Of a stretch of 64,000 bases of DNA, positions 1 to 11,420 are shown piece after piece (position 1 is the stretch's first letter; the number at the start of each line of letters is the position of its first letter). Source of the stretch: Camelus ferus (Eukaryota); NCBI RefSeq assembly GCF_009834535.1, contig NC_045696.1:72480001-72544000 (forward strand), in the 5' to 3' direction. A program made the position numbers and the translations under genes. The notes under the pieces are model-generated. The model saw only the letters and a list, made by a program, of their open reading frames with translations, made no database searches and was not told the DNA's origin.

Positions 1-262
1 CAAGAAAATAGGGTACAGGCTTTCTACTGCCCTCCATTTGCAGAGTAATCCATGCACTCTAATTCTCTGTTTAATTATCTGAACATAGGATAATAAAAAT
101 CTGTCCATCCCGAATGCTATAATTCTCATTTCTCCGTGAGTAGCATTGCTCTTCTTGCTTCAGCCTTATTTTGTATGTCTGAGTAGTGAAATGGAGTATA
201 AATAATTGTTCATCTCAGAGCATTGCCAAGAAGATGCCCCTTGTGTTTGATTTTGGACATGG

Positions 263-323
263 AAAAGATTCATGCATCCTCTCAAGACTGGGAATCTTGG
301 TATTTTGGGAATGTGGCAATGGC
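263..323 (+). repeat. Direct repeat copy 1 (~61 bp)
   Basis: AAAAGATTCATGCATCCTCTCAAGACTGGGAATCTTGGT (263-301) is identical to 1488-1526; similarity continues ~22 bp with a few differences. Confidence 0.95.
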
Positions 324-1214
324 GGTGCTTTGGTCCTTGAATATTTTATCTGTTAAAGCTCTGCTGGCAGCTTCAGCTACCTAAGCAGGACATAACTTCC
401 TATTTAAATAACAGAGTTCCAGCTAGTCAACTTAAAAGGATGGATGTTTACAGAAAAATCAATATGCTTTTCCTTTACCTTAGTGATGGGAGGGTACTGT
501 GGAAGAGATATGTGCAGATATCCAGAAATCATCACTTGTAGTGCAGTTTTTATAGTGCAGTTCCTTATTTAATAGGACAGCAATTGATATTACAGAGTTA
601 AATCTTTATCCTCATCCTAGGGAACCTATAATTTCTGTTAGGGCATATTTTTAGTTCTCACAGTTATACTTTCTTCCTCTCTTTCATCCTTCTATCACTT
701 AGCAGCCACCTGAGACAGAACCAGAAGGTCAAAGTGGAATCTCTTGGTAATGATATTGAGAAGCATGTTTATTTCACTCTCTGACAGAAATCACAGGACT
801 TAAATAGGGTGGGCAGTATTTCAGTCAGACTAAAGGTCTAAAAATGATCCTCACTTGGCCTTCCCAAGCATTGTTTATAGGCAAAGCAAAGAAAGAGAAC
901 CTCCAGAAGCTGCAAATTTTGAGCATTTTGCATTGGTGTCTTTGTTACCTTTGATAAGAGAAATATGCATATCATGAATTTTCTTTTGAATGTTTAAAAT
1001 ATGTCTCATTCAAGGATCACCACTGTGCTTATAAACTTCTATTAACATCTCAGTCCTGGATGTCTAAGAATATTAAAATTCCCACATGACAAATATTAAG
1101 CCATAATTTCATAAATGTATGTAATTTCTACCTGCATTCTCTCATTGTCACCGTTATAATCTTCATAATTGCCACTGTTCCTTGAATTTGTTGTGGTGCT
1201 TCGTGTTTTTGAAG

Positions 1215-1380
1215 GCATTTTCATAGTCATGAATTCACTTAATTCTTCTCAACAATCTTGTGAATTTGACAGGTGAGAATATGATTCTACAGATAAGGAA
1301 ATAGACACAGAGAAGCTCTGTGACCCACTCAGGGTGGCACAGTTTGGAACAATATCCAAGTGTCTGGGTCAGTGATCTCC
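1215..1380 (-). mobile_element. MIR SINE fragment
   Basis: Degenerate MIR core in reverse orientation (TTCTACAGATAAGGAAATAGACACAGAGAAG...GTGACCCACTCAGGGTGGCACAG). Confidence 0.6.
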
Positions 1381-1487
1381 ACTTGTTGTTAGTTAAAAGT
1401 ACAAATGCAAGAGACTGGAAATCCTTTCCAGTAATTATTCAGCCATTGGAAATTATTACTTTTTTTGTCAAAAGATAAAAAAATAGC

Positions 1488-1549
1488 AAAAGATTCATGC
1501 ATCCTCTCAAGACTGGGAATCTTGGTGTTTTAGAAATGTGGCAAATGGC
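1488..1549 (+). repeat. Direct repeat copy 2
   Basis: 39-bp exact match to 263-301, followed by GTTTTAGAAATGTGGCAAATGGC versus ATTTTGGGAATGTGGCAATGGC in copy 1. Confidence 0.95.
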
Positions 1550-4500
1550 AGGACAGGATACAAAGAATACGATTCCTCTTTTCATCCCTCCTCATTTTCA
1601 CCTCCACATTTTTCCTGTTGAGTCGGGTTAAAAAATAAATGGGCAAATCTGGATGGTTGCGGTTGGGTTCAAAGACTTGTGATCCTCACTGCTTAAAGCT
1701 ACAAAGAAGGGCTTCAAAAGGAACCACTGGAGATGCCTCTTTTCTCTAAAACTTCAGTTTCCTTCAAAAAATAAGAACTCAGTTGTACTAACAAGGAGGC
1801 TGTCAGGAATTTTCTACTTTGGCAAATCCATAGGCGCACCATTTCTGTTCTCCAGTTCATCCACTACAGCCCCTACTCATAGTGAACTCCTTTTCCTCTA
1901 CATAGTGAAATGAATTTCACGGTTGTCCAGTTCAATTTATATTTGACAAAAAAACTTTTCCGAGAACATACCCATCCACAGTTTGAAGCACTGAACAAAA
2001 TTACTTTATTTTAAAAACAGTCATTTCAGTATTTGTAAAGGTTCAGGGTAGTTAAAAAGACAAGTAAGGATTGCAGATTTGTGATAATGAAGGGAAGTTT
2101 TTATTTGACTCTGACTATAACTCGGATGCCCACAATGTTCCTCATATGTAGGTTCTCCAGCTCACAGTGACCCACCTGGATGCCTTTTAGGGTTTCTTTC
2201 TCTCTTGATGGTAGCCTGAGGCCTCTCTGGGCCTGGCCTGAGGAAGCCTAAGTGTATGATCTCCTTACAGATAATCAATAGTGGACCATAAATGATGATT
2301 GATGCTTCCATGTTGCCTGAAGCCTCTGCACCTGATGCCATTTGAAACTCCTGCAGGAAACGCTGGGCATACTATCCCAGGGGTCCTTGGAGCCAATGGC
2401 AAATTCCTCTTGCTCGCTCAAAAGGCACACTTCCTGTTGTTTTGGATGGTCTGCCCAATGCCCACATTTGAAAATGTTTGAGGGGAGAATAAAGAACATT
2501 TAAAAATTCACAAAATACTTTACAGTTGGTAGAACTTGGTGTTGATAGCATAATTTGGAAATAGCATGATTCTGTCTTTACTATGAACATTTGGTGACAA
2601 GCAGGCCTGATGCGGGATATTGATAGCACCTCCCTTCCCTCTCTGAGGCAGTCAGTTCCGACCAGCTGTTCAGGCTTCTTTCTGACTAAGGGAGTTGTTA
2701 CTTTGAGATCCTGTTTCCTAGGCAGTCTCTGATGGTAGATGGAGGGCACATTTTTCTCTGCTGGTCATGTGTCTGTATAATCATTGGCCTCTTAGAGGCT
2801 CCAGGTTGGAGGTCTTTATAAGTTAGTCTCACCAGCCTTTCTGAACCAGACACAAAGTACACACCCCGACTGGCTTGTAAAAGCAGTACATCTAATCACA
2901 TAATACCTCTGTGATGTGGTTTTTTAAATTAAGTGACCCACAGGATATTAATCTGGTGGTAACAATTCCCAAGAGATGCAGCACTGGCAAACACTTCAAG
3001 AGCAACTAGTACTACTATTAAATGTGATGTTCATTTCATCTAAACATATGGAAATAAAAACAAGTCATGAGAGAACTTCAGTGCTCTGTACATGCTATAT
3101 TGTTCATAAACCTGTCATAAATAAGTGCCTCTTAAAAAGAAACCAATTAATAAATGTGCATTGAATTACAAAGTTTAAATATTCCATAATATGGGCCCCC
3201 CCCATCCCCACCCCTCCCAGGGCCCCCTTGTTATTCAAGCTATTAACAACATTTTCCACTGTGTGGCACATCTCCGTTTTGTTGTTGTTGATTGAGTTAT
3301 TTGGTTGGTTTGGCTACTTAAAAAAAATGAAGAAAAAAATCTGTAAGCTATAAAATACATCTTCTTTCTTCCTTTGTCTGTGTATTAGAGTCTGACTTGG
3401 CACTAGGGCCCCACCTAAAACCTCCCACCAAGAGTGTGTCATATTTCTATATGCTCCTGCGTGTTCAGTTCTACCTCTTTTGAAATGATGCCCAAAACCA
3501 AGCAATGTTTACATAAGTAAAAGACAGTTTCACTTTTATGCTGTAATTTCTGCACAGAGTAGAGAGTTTTCCTATTCCTAGCCATACCTTGTACTTTTTC
3601 ATGGGTGAACTTCTATTTTTCTAATGTGATGGTTTTATCCAGCTTTGACAACAGATTTCTTTAGGAGATTACACACCTGGAATTAACTTTTTCTGCCAAG
3701 AATTACAGTGCACCTGGAAGTACTAAATCATTTTTATCTATGTTTTAGAAGCTTTTCATAATGAAATTGCATATCTTGAACTTGACCTGTCTCTTGAGGA
3801 GAAGCTTAAGAGCCAGAGTTGGGTAGGTATGCATATGCTGGTGCTATGAAGTAAATATATCCAGGATGTGTTTACTTCTCGCCAGTGAAATACTTGCTAC
3901 CTGAACACCTTCTCCCTGAGTATCTCACTTCTTAAATGACTCTGCTTACCGCATAACATATGGAAATGTGAGTATGTATTTTCAGCAGATTGTTTGCTAT
4001 GTTTACACCGGTTCTAACACTAATCCCCATTAATGTTTGATATAGTTCTCAACAGGTTTAAGTAGATGTCAGACACCATATCTATTGCGTATGTGTTGGG
4101 CATGATAAACATTAGAAGAAAGATGAGGAAGTGTTTTTTAGGGATTTCTGTCCTGAAGACATTTGTGCTATCTAGACTAAGTATTTTGAGAATGTGAAGT
4201 ACTTTCTATGAGTGTAAATGCAACCAAAATGTAACATGAATTAATTTAAAAAATCATGTAGGGAATTTATTACATCATCAATTTTGAGACCTGTGACCTT
4301 TTCTATTGTAAAACTGTTGATAAGATCTTGTGACATACAACTGCAAGGCTGTCCTCAAGAGATTCAGAAATAATGAGTTGTAGATTTTTTTATAAACTTA
4401 CACCAACACATCAGAAAGATAATGTAGTGTGAGTATTAGAAATTACTTAAATGACTTTTTTGGTGGAGGAGGTATGGAGGGACAGGTATAGGAAATTTGG

Positions 4501-6317
4501 AGGGAAAAAAATTCCCTGTAAGTTTTGCTATGAGTATTAAATTAGCTCTCTTGTTTTTGCCATGAAACTTGAATATGCTCTAGTTTTCCTTGACATGAAG
4601 TCATATAAGTAGAACAACAAATGCTTTTTATCCTTAGGCATCCTTGCCCTGCTATGTTTGGTTTACCTGAAGTTTGTCAAACTGGTTCTGCTTATTCTTG
4701 TCAAACAAGGATATTTCTTCTCTTGGTTGTCTCTGATATAGTGTCAGCATTTTAAAGGCCCAAAGTTACCATAGTGACAAATTGCACAATATAAACATTT
4801 ATTCTGTTTAGACAAAAACTCTGTAAGATTGAGAAAAGGAATAGAGAAATTATGGATAAGCCAACATAGTTATTTTGATGGATTTTTTTCAGGCAACATA
4901 AGAATGATTTTGTAAGTGATGTAAATGATGTTTAGTTGAAAAAAAAGGAGTACAAGAAAAACAAAATATAGATACATGAAAAAATACCTGCTCCCAAATT
5001 CAGACATGAATAACTGAATTTCACAGATTACTGTTCTCTCTAATTGTGGTTTAATCTTATATGAATGTGACTAAGTTCTACCCCAGGTATAGATAAACTC
5101 ATTATGTCCTTTAAGTAGTTCAAATTTCCTGATAACCAGCAGTCAAACCGAGGAACAAGCAGAATTAGTAGCCAAGTCTAATAAACGACTGGGAAAAATT
5201 GTATCTGTCTCATCCTTCTGGTTCCCACACACTCTGGTTACATCATTACTTAGCCTGTAAACTCAGAGGCCAATTGGGCTTCAGAACTTGTGTCAGGTGA
5301 CCAAAACACCAAACTGCATCTGAAACTCTACCCTAAAGATGGGGTTACAGCAGGGGCCTCTGGATAGCTGACTCCTCTGTGGCTGCTGTGCAATTTTCGT
5401 ATTTTATTTCGCCTTTGCTTTTAGGCTTAGCTCTTGGTCTCACAGATTGACGGCCGAAGCAAACTTGTTGATGTGGGTTTTTCTGTGCAGGTGTGTGGAC
5501 AAAATTATTTCCTGTACTACGTACTACACCTGGTTATGTAATAGCTTAAAAAAAACCAGTGAGACGTCTCCCTATGAATTGATTTTCATCAACAGAGAGA
5601 ATTCTCACCCCTTTTCCTTTTGTCTTTTTGCATTTGTTTCTGAAAAGTGTTTTCAGTTTTATTTTGTTTTTTAAAATAATTTAATGTTAAAATCCACAAA
5701 ACTCAAAAGCCATTTATCAGGTCCACTGGATGGAACTCTTGACGATGGAGCTGAAACGCTGTGCTCCTCTTAAAGGAACGGAATGTGTAACTCTATCACC
5801 TTTCTAAGGTTTCACAGGGCAAGTATAGTGATGACAACAACTACTTGTTTTCTGCAGATGTAGAAAGGCATTTTTTTACATGTGCAGGAAGCAAAAAAAC
5901 CTGGTCTAAGGGGACAGGTGAGAGTTGCCTTGCAAGAAATAAACCAAATAGTCCTTAAAGTTGTAGTAACCTATACAGAGCCAAAAGCTTGACACTTTTT
6001 TACACAAACATTTTTATGTTCAAGTTTACGTTTCTCTTGATTGCTACAATAGGTGCTCTGACCACTTGTGACTGAGAATTTGTTTTGAACTTTCCTTAAA
6101 ATAAATTCATTGGAAATGGAAAATCCATAGGAAAATGTCCTTGATACATTGTTATCAGGTATTCAAAGATGCCTCCAGGAGGCAGAGATGATGCACTGAA
6201 GAAGGAGGAAACCCAGGTGAAAATTAATTTTGTCAAAAACCAAGCCAAAGAAAACAAATTGCTCTCTCAGGCCATTCTTCTTGGATCAAAGGATTACATG
6301 TGAAATATATTTCATGA

Positions 6318-6860
6318 TTTATACAACAAACATTATATGTGCCAATTATGCTAGATTATGGGGATACAAAGAAGGCAATGGGGGAAATGATGGTAATAAT
6401 GGTAACAGCTAGTATTTATGAAATGCCTGCTCTATACACATTGTACTAGGTACTCCACCACATTTGTCCTGATCTTTACATTAATCCAGAAAAGCAATTA
6501 TTACCACGTCCCACCCCTTTACAGAGGAGAAACGGGGGATCAGAAAAGTTCAGTGATTTGCGCAAGAGCATGTGACTGTTATGTGGTAGTCCATAGGGAC
6601 AGGATTCCAACCTACACCTGATTGACTCTGGGGCCTCTGTCCTTTACCACTATCCTGCATTGCTTCCCTGTACAATTCTTTGTCCTCATGGAGTTTTTAA
6701 TATCATGGTAGAGTAAATCAGATGAAGTAAAAAGTGAAATTATAAGTGTTAAAACATTAACAGGACTAAGTGCTTGAGGAAAGTGAAAGTTTCTTAGAAG
6801 AAACGGTTCAGGTCCGAACAGTGTTGAGGAGCCTTGTTATCTATGGAAAGCAGGGCAGGG
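6318..6860 (-). mobile_element. L2 LINE 3' fragment, interrupted by a MIR
   Basis: L2-tail-like CAACAAACATT..ATGTGCCA..GCTAG..GGGATACA (6318-6372) resumes as GTCCTCATGGAGTTT at ~6680. Confidence 0.55.
6405..6666 (-). mobile_element. MIR SINE, near full length
   Basis: CCCCTTTACAGAGGAGAAAC..AAAGTTCAGTGATTTGCGCAAG..GGATTCCAACC..GACTCTGGGGCCTCTGTCCTTTACCACTAT follows the MIR consensus in reverse. Confidence 0.8.
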
Positions 6861-7521
6861 AAGAGAGTCGGAGTGGGAGGGGAGGTAGATAAATACTTGG
6901 TTATCTTTTCCCCTGAAGGTAATCCCTCAGAAATAACTGATAGCTACTTTTACTCTGCAAAATTTATCACTGAAAGTGCTGTGGAAGACAGAGCAAACTC
7001 CCATCCCCTCGGGCACCTGCCAAATAAAGTAACTAGGTGCTCACATATTTTCCAGTACAAGTGGTTCATTATTAATTCATGGTCCAGGTCTTCCATACAT
7101 GCTGTTACTAATATTAGGTTTCAGCAGAGAATAATGAACAGGAGCACTGGACTGGATATCTTAACATTTTTTAAACAATGTTTGCAGTGCTAAATTCTAT
7201 TTCTAGCTTAACTGGGGTCTTCACATAAACAAGAGGAGGGCTCTACTGACTTGGGGAGGCATAATTTTCCCACAGCTTAGCAACAGAAAAGGTAAAGAGT
7301 CTGCGTGATTAAGACCTGTGGAAAGTTAATGCAGGTAGGGATTTCCACCCTTAGGTCTCAGCTATTCTTAAGTCAGACAAGAAAAGGAGAGGCCTTCTGA
7401 GTTTGGAGTCCAACTAGAAAGTACGGACCAGCTCCTGGCTTTGAAACTGCATCCCATCAGGAAAGAAGGGATAAGGACTTGCTCTGGTAGGGAAGTGGTC
7501 CCCCGCAAGTGGCCCCCAGAG

Positions 7522-7781
7522 CAGGGCCCACTTATTCATTAGGCACAGCACCCATGGGTCCATGGTACTTTTAGTGGCTCACGTAAATGTTTTCACTTGA
7601 ATTTCCATTTAAAACAAGAAGAAAAAAAAATGAAACCTAATGATAACTATATAATGATGAATCCAGTTTGGTTTATATTCCTCTTTACGCCAGTGCAGTC
7701 ATAAATTATAACTTTAATTATTCTCATGGAGGGAGGAAGCCCGGATGGCAAAATGCTCACAGAAATCTTCATGTGGTCCTG
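7522..7781. mobile_element. Non-autonomous hAT (Tip100-group, ORSL-like) DNA transposon
   Basis: Termini CAGGGCC...GGTCCTG; flanking 8-mers CCCCAGAG (7514-7521) and CCTCAAAG (7782-7789) match at 6/8, consistent with a hAT TSD; internal sequence resembles the remembered ORSL consensus. Confidence 0.75.
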
Positions 7782-7965
7782 CCTCAAAGAGGCCATGTAT
7801 TAATGGTACTGAGTGGGGGGTGCTAAGTACATTGAATCATTTCATTAGACAATTTCTTTCTCCTTACTATTGTTTTCACACTGTAGATATTACTGGGAGT
7901 GAGTTTTTGAGGGGAAAAATAATGATATGAGTTAATAAGAATATTAAGATCACTTTTCCTCTGGG

Positions 7966-8070
7966 TTCCCAGCCCAGGCTCTGTGCCTGTTTGGTTTACA
8001 GAGAGAAACAAGACTACTCCCCTGCTCTTGTGGGGTTTACATTCTAGTTGGAGAGGGACAGATAACAAAA
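7966..8070 (-). mobile_element. L2 fragment
   Basis: CCAGGCTCTGTGC..AAACAAGAC..CCCTGCTCTTGTGGGGTTTACATTCTAGTTGG resembles the reverse L2 3' end. Confidence 0.6.
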
Positions 8071-9821
8071 TTAAAATAATGGACGAGGTAATTGCAGGTT
8101 TCTATAATACCATTCCAGTAGATAACTTTCATTTTGGCTTTTTGGTAACAGCAGCCCAATTTTCCCTGGCATAGTGTCTTGACAGACTATCAGTCAAGGT
8201 GTCTCACCTTCCCTTAGCCTAACCCATGAGTGAAGGGTAGCTCTTGCTTTAGTTTGCCATTGATAAGGTTGAGTTACTAAACTATGTTGACCCTAAATTT
8301 CCTTTACCTGGTGCCTCCTTTATGGCTATCCATAGGGATGCTTAAGAAGAAGTGTTTAAGCATAGACCGTAGGATGACTGGATCAGCATGGTATAATGGA
8401 AAGAGCTTGGGAGTTGCACAGATTTGGGTCCCAAATAAAGCTTTGTCAAAAGATAGTTGTGTAACATGTGTAACACCAACTCCATAGGTTGTGAGGTTTA
8501 AATCTAGAGGGTCTAATGGAATGTATTTGCCCACAAATGACAGTTCCTTTCCCTTACCTGCTTCTACTCTGCACCCACCCTCCTGTTCCATACTGTCTTC
8601 ATAATTACTATGCTGCCAGATTGTCAGGAAATTTAAAATAATGTGCAATAACAACTCTAGGGAAAGAGAGGAAATAGAAAGGATTGGAAGGCTGTCTAGT
8701 GAATCCTCAGCCTGCTCCTCCCCTCTTCAGATACTGTAGGCTTAGAGTTGAGCATGGACCGGAAACTCAACAACTGGCCTAGTCTGTGCCTCATGAACTC
8801 TGCCTGGCACGAACACTTCTGTTTCAGCACATCTGTGATTGCCATATCACCAGCATTTGCAGAATGGAGGATTAATTTTATTGTGCATTGGATCAGCAGA
8901 TCTGGTGACATAATATTGCACGACGGAGAAGGATTACTCACCAGTTTCTGGATGCTGCATTTTTAGAAACTAGCTCCACTTAACGATAAGTGTTGGATCT
9001 AACAACTTCCCCCTTTTCCACACTCCCACTCTCCAATCACCCAACCAGCAAATATCGCTTGATGCAAAAACCAGCCTCTTGGGACCAGATGGATACAATT
9101 TTTCTTCAGGATAAAATTCTGGATATTTCCCCAAAGTAAAGGTTTTATTATACTTCTTCAGTTATTAAAAACAGATGTGTCATGTTTATAATGATAGCTT
9201 CAAGCACTTTCTTCTCCTCTGGGTTTATGGAAAGCAATTTGTGTAGGGTAAAATAATATAGCACTTATGAGTCATTTTTGAGGAAAAAAAATAGGAAAAT
9301 TATATAGTCTGCAAGCCAGACAGGGCTCATGGTCATAAGGAAATATGGCTACATCCCAGGGCAAAGAGGAGACCTTGTTTCTGTTTCTGTCAGATACCCA
9401 CTCAGGGTTTTGACATCATCTTTTTACCTGCATCTGTCATTTGCAGGAAAGGGGACTCAGAGATAGGCTTCTGTCCAGGTGTAGGGTATGGCAGAGCTCA
9501 GTTGCATGCTGCGTTCTGTAATTTTCTGCCTGCCATTAAGCCAGTACCATTTCCCTTATCTGGTATCTTTTTCTAAGCACCTTTTTTTCCATCCTTGTTT
9601 GGGCTATCACAGAGCTTTGTTTCTCCAGGTAGCTCACCTTAAAAACCATTTCTTTCACTGCCTTTCTCTGTAGCCTTATCTTTGTCCGTTCTTCTGTCAT
9701 TTCTACTTACATTGGTTAACCAGTTGTTTGGTTTCTGTGTCTTAGCTGATGGTGGAGTGAGTAGGGCATTGTGGGTAAATGTAAAAATGAGATCTTTGTG
9801 TGTATGTGTGTGTTGGGAAGT

Positions 9822-9916
9822 CATATATTGAGTGCTTACTATGTGCCAGGCATTGCTCTAAGTTAGTTTTTAGAGATTGTTACATTTAATTTTCACAGCA
9901 GCTATATGAGGTAGGA
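9822..9916 (-). mobile_element. MIR fragment
   Basis: TATTGAGTGCTTACTATGTGCCAGGCATTGCTCTAAG..CATTTAATTTTCACAGCAGC.ATATGAGGTAGG. Confidence 0.65.
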
Positions 9917-11227
9917 GTTTGGATAGTATTTAAACCCTGCTTGACCATTTATTTGTAGAAATACATATAAGTTTATAGTTAGGAGTGTCCATATTTGTAT
10001 GGCTAATTCCTGTTTTCTATATTTGCATGGTTCAAAAAACTGCTTTATCTCTTATATAGCCAGGGAAATTTAAAAAATATTTCAAAAAGTATTCTGTCAA
10101 TCTTTCTTATATTCGAAGCTCTGATGACCAAACTGGACATATGCCGTATTCATTTTTAACAACCCAAAGTACAAGAAAGTGATCAAAAGTATACAAACTG
10201 CTCTCATTTAGTCTATGCAAGAAGCAGACAGTAAAATATAATGGTCTACTTATTCTGATGTGATTGACAGTCAAACCTTAGAGCAATTTACGCTCTGATC
10301 AGATAGCAGGGTTTCTCCCATAACCTTGAGGTCCAAATCTCACTGCCCTTTATTGTGAAATTATCTGCCCTTTGACCCTTTGGAGAGCCGGAGACCCCCA
10401 TCTTCTAAAAGTCTTCTCTTGGCCCTCCACTGACGTGTACAGTAAATGGCTGATTGTCTCTGTTACACGACCATGACAGACACAGAGAAATACCTCACTC
10501 ATTTTAGCAGAACTTAATCTAATTGGAACTATAATCAAAGGTTACTGGAATGCTCCAGAAACTTACCTGGAGACCTGGATTTGGTGTCTTTTGAAGTTTT
10601 GGTAAAATAAGTGGTACCTTCTTTGTGCTTGTATTTTCTTTCCTTCCAGAGGGGAATGAGGAAGAAAAAAATTGAAAGGAAAGCTAAAACATCTCTTTTC
10701 GCACAACCTTCCCTTCTCTCTTCCTCTGTAGCAGAAAGTGACACGGGGCTGCTGGGCTGGTTCAGGGGGTTATGCACATAAAGTCCTTGTCACCTGTGCT
10801 ATTTAAAGTGAAATGGAAAACTACAGTTAAAAACATCCTGGAGGAAATGTTCTCTCCTAGGGCAGCCAGGGTCCTTTTCATCTTCACCTGAAGGCAGCCC
10901 TCACCCAATTTAATGCATCATTTAGTTCCGCATTTGTGAGAAAAGCCTCTCCAGGCCTGCTCACAGTGACCCCAGGGCTCTGCAAAAAGACTGAGCAGGA
11001 AGGTTACTGGTTCTCACTTCCTCATTCAGAATCTTTTTGCAAGGGAAACTGAAAAAATGGACATGGAGCCAAATGAGGAGGTTGAAGAGTGCAAGCCTTA
11101 AATGACAGGCAAGTGCTTTCTCTAAAGCTTCCCAGTCCTATCACCCAGGAGTTAGGAGGAACCTTGGATAAATTTGTAGATATGTAGCAAGGACGGAAGG
11201 AGGGAAAGAAGGAGGGGAGGAAAAGTT

Positions 11228-11420
11228 ATTGAGAATCGTCTATGTCAAGGCATTTACCAGGCTTTTGGCATTGTATCAACTAATCACCATAATGCTGTTT
11301 ATATTTTTGTTATTCAGTCTCGACTTTGCAGATTAGCAAACAGATACTCCCAGGGGTTGGGTAAGTTTCTCTAAAGATGCTGAAATAAGGGGCAGGAATA
11401 GGATTTGAACTTAGGTCATC
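11228..11420 (-). mobile_element. MIR fragment
   Basis: TATTGAG..CTATGTCAAGGCA..TTTGCAGATTAGCAAACAGA..GGCAGGAATAGGATTTGAACTTAGGTC. Confidence 0.6.

Noticed and set aside
2270..2500. Acceptor CTCCTTACAG plus overlapping short ORFs
   Set aside because: All three + frames stop within ~21 nt of the acceptor; the minus-strand ORFs have no recognisable homology or clear splice support.
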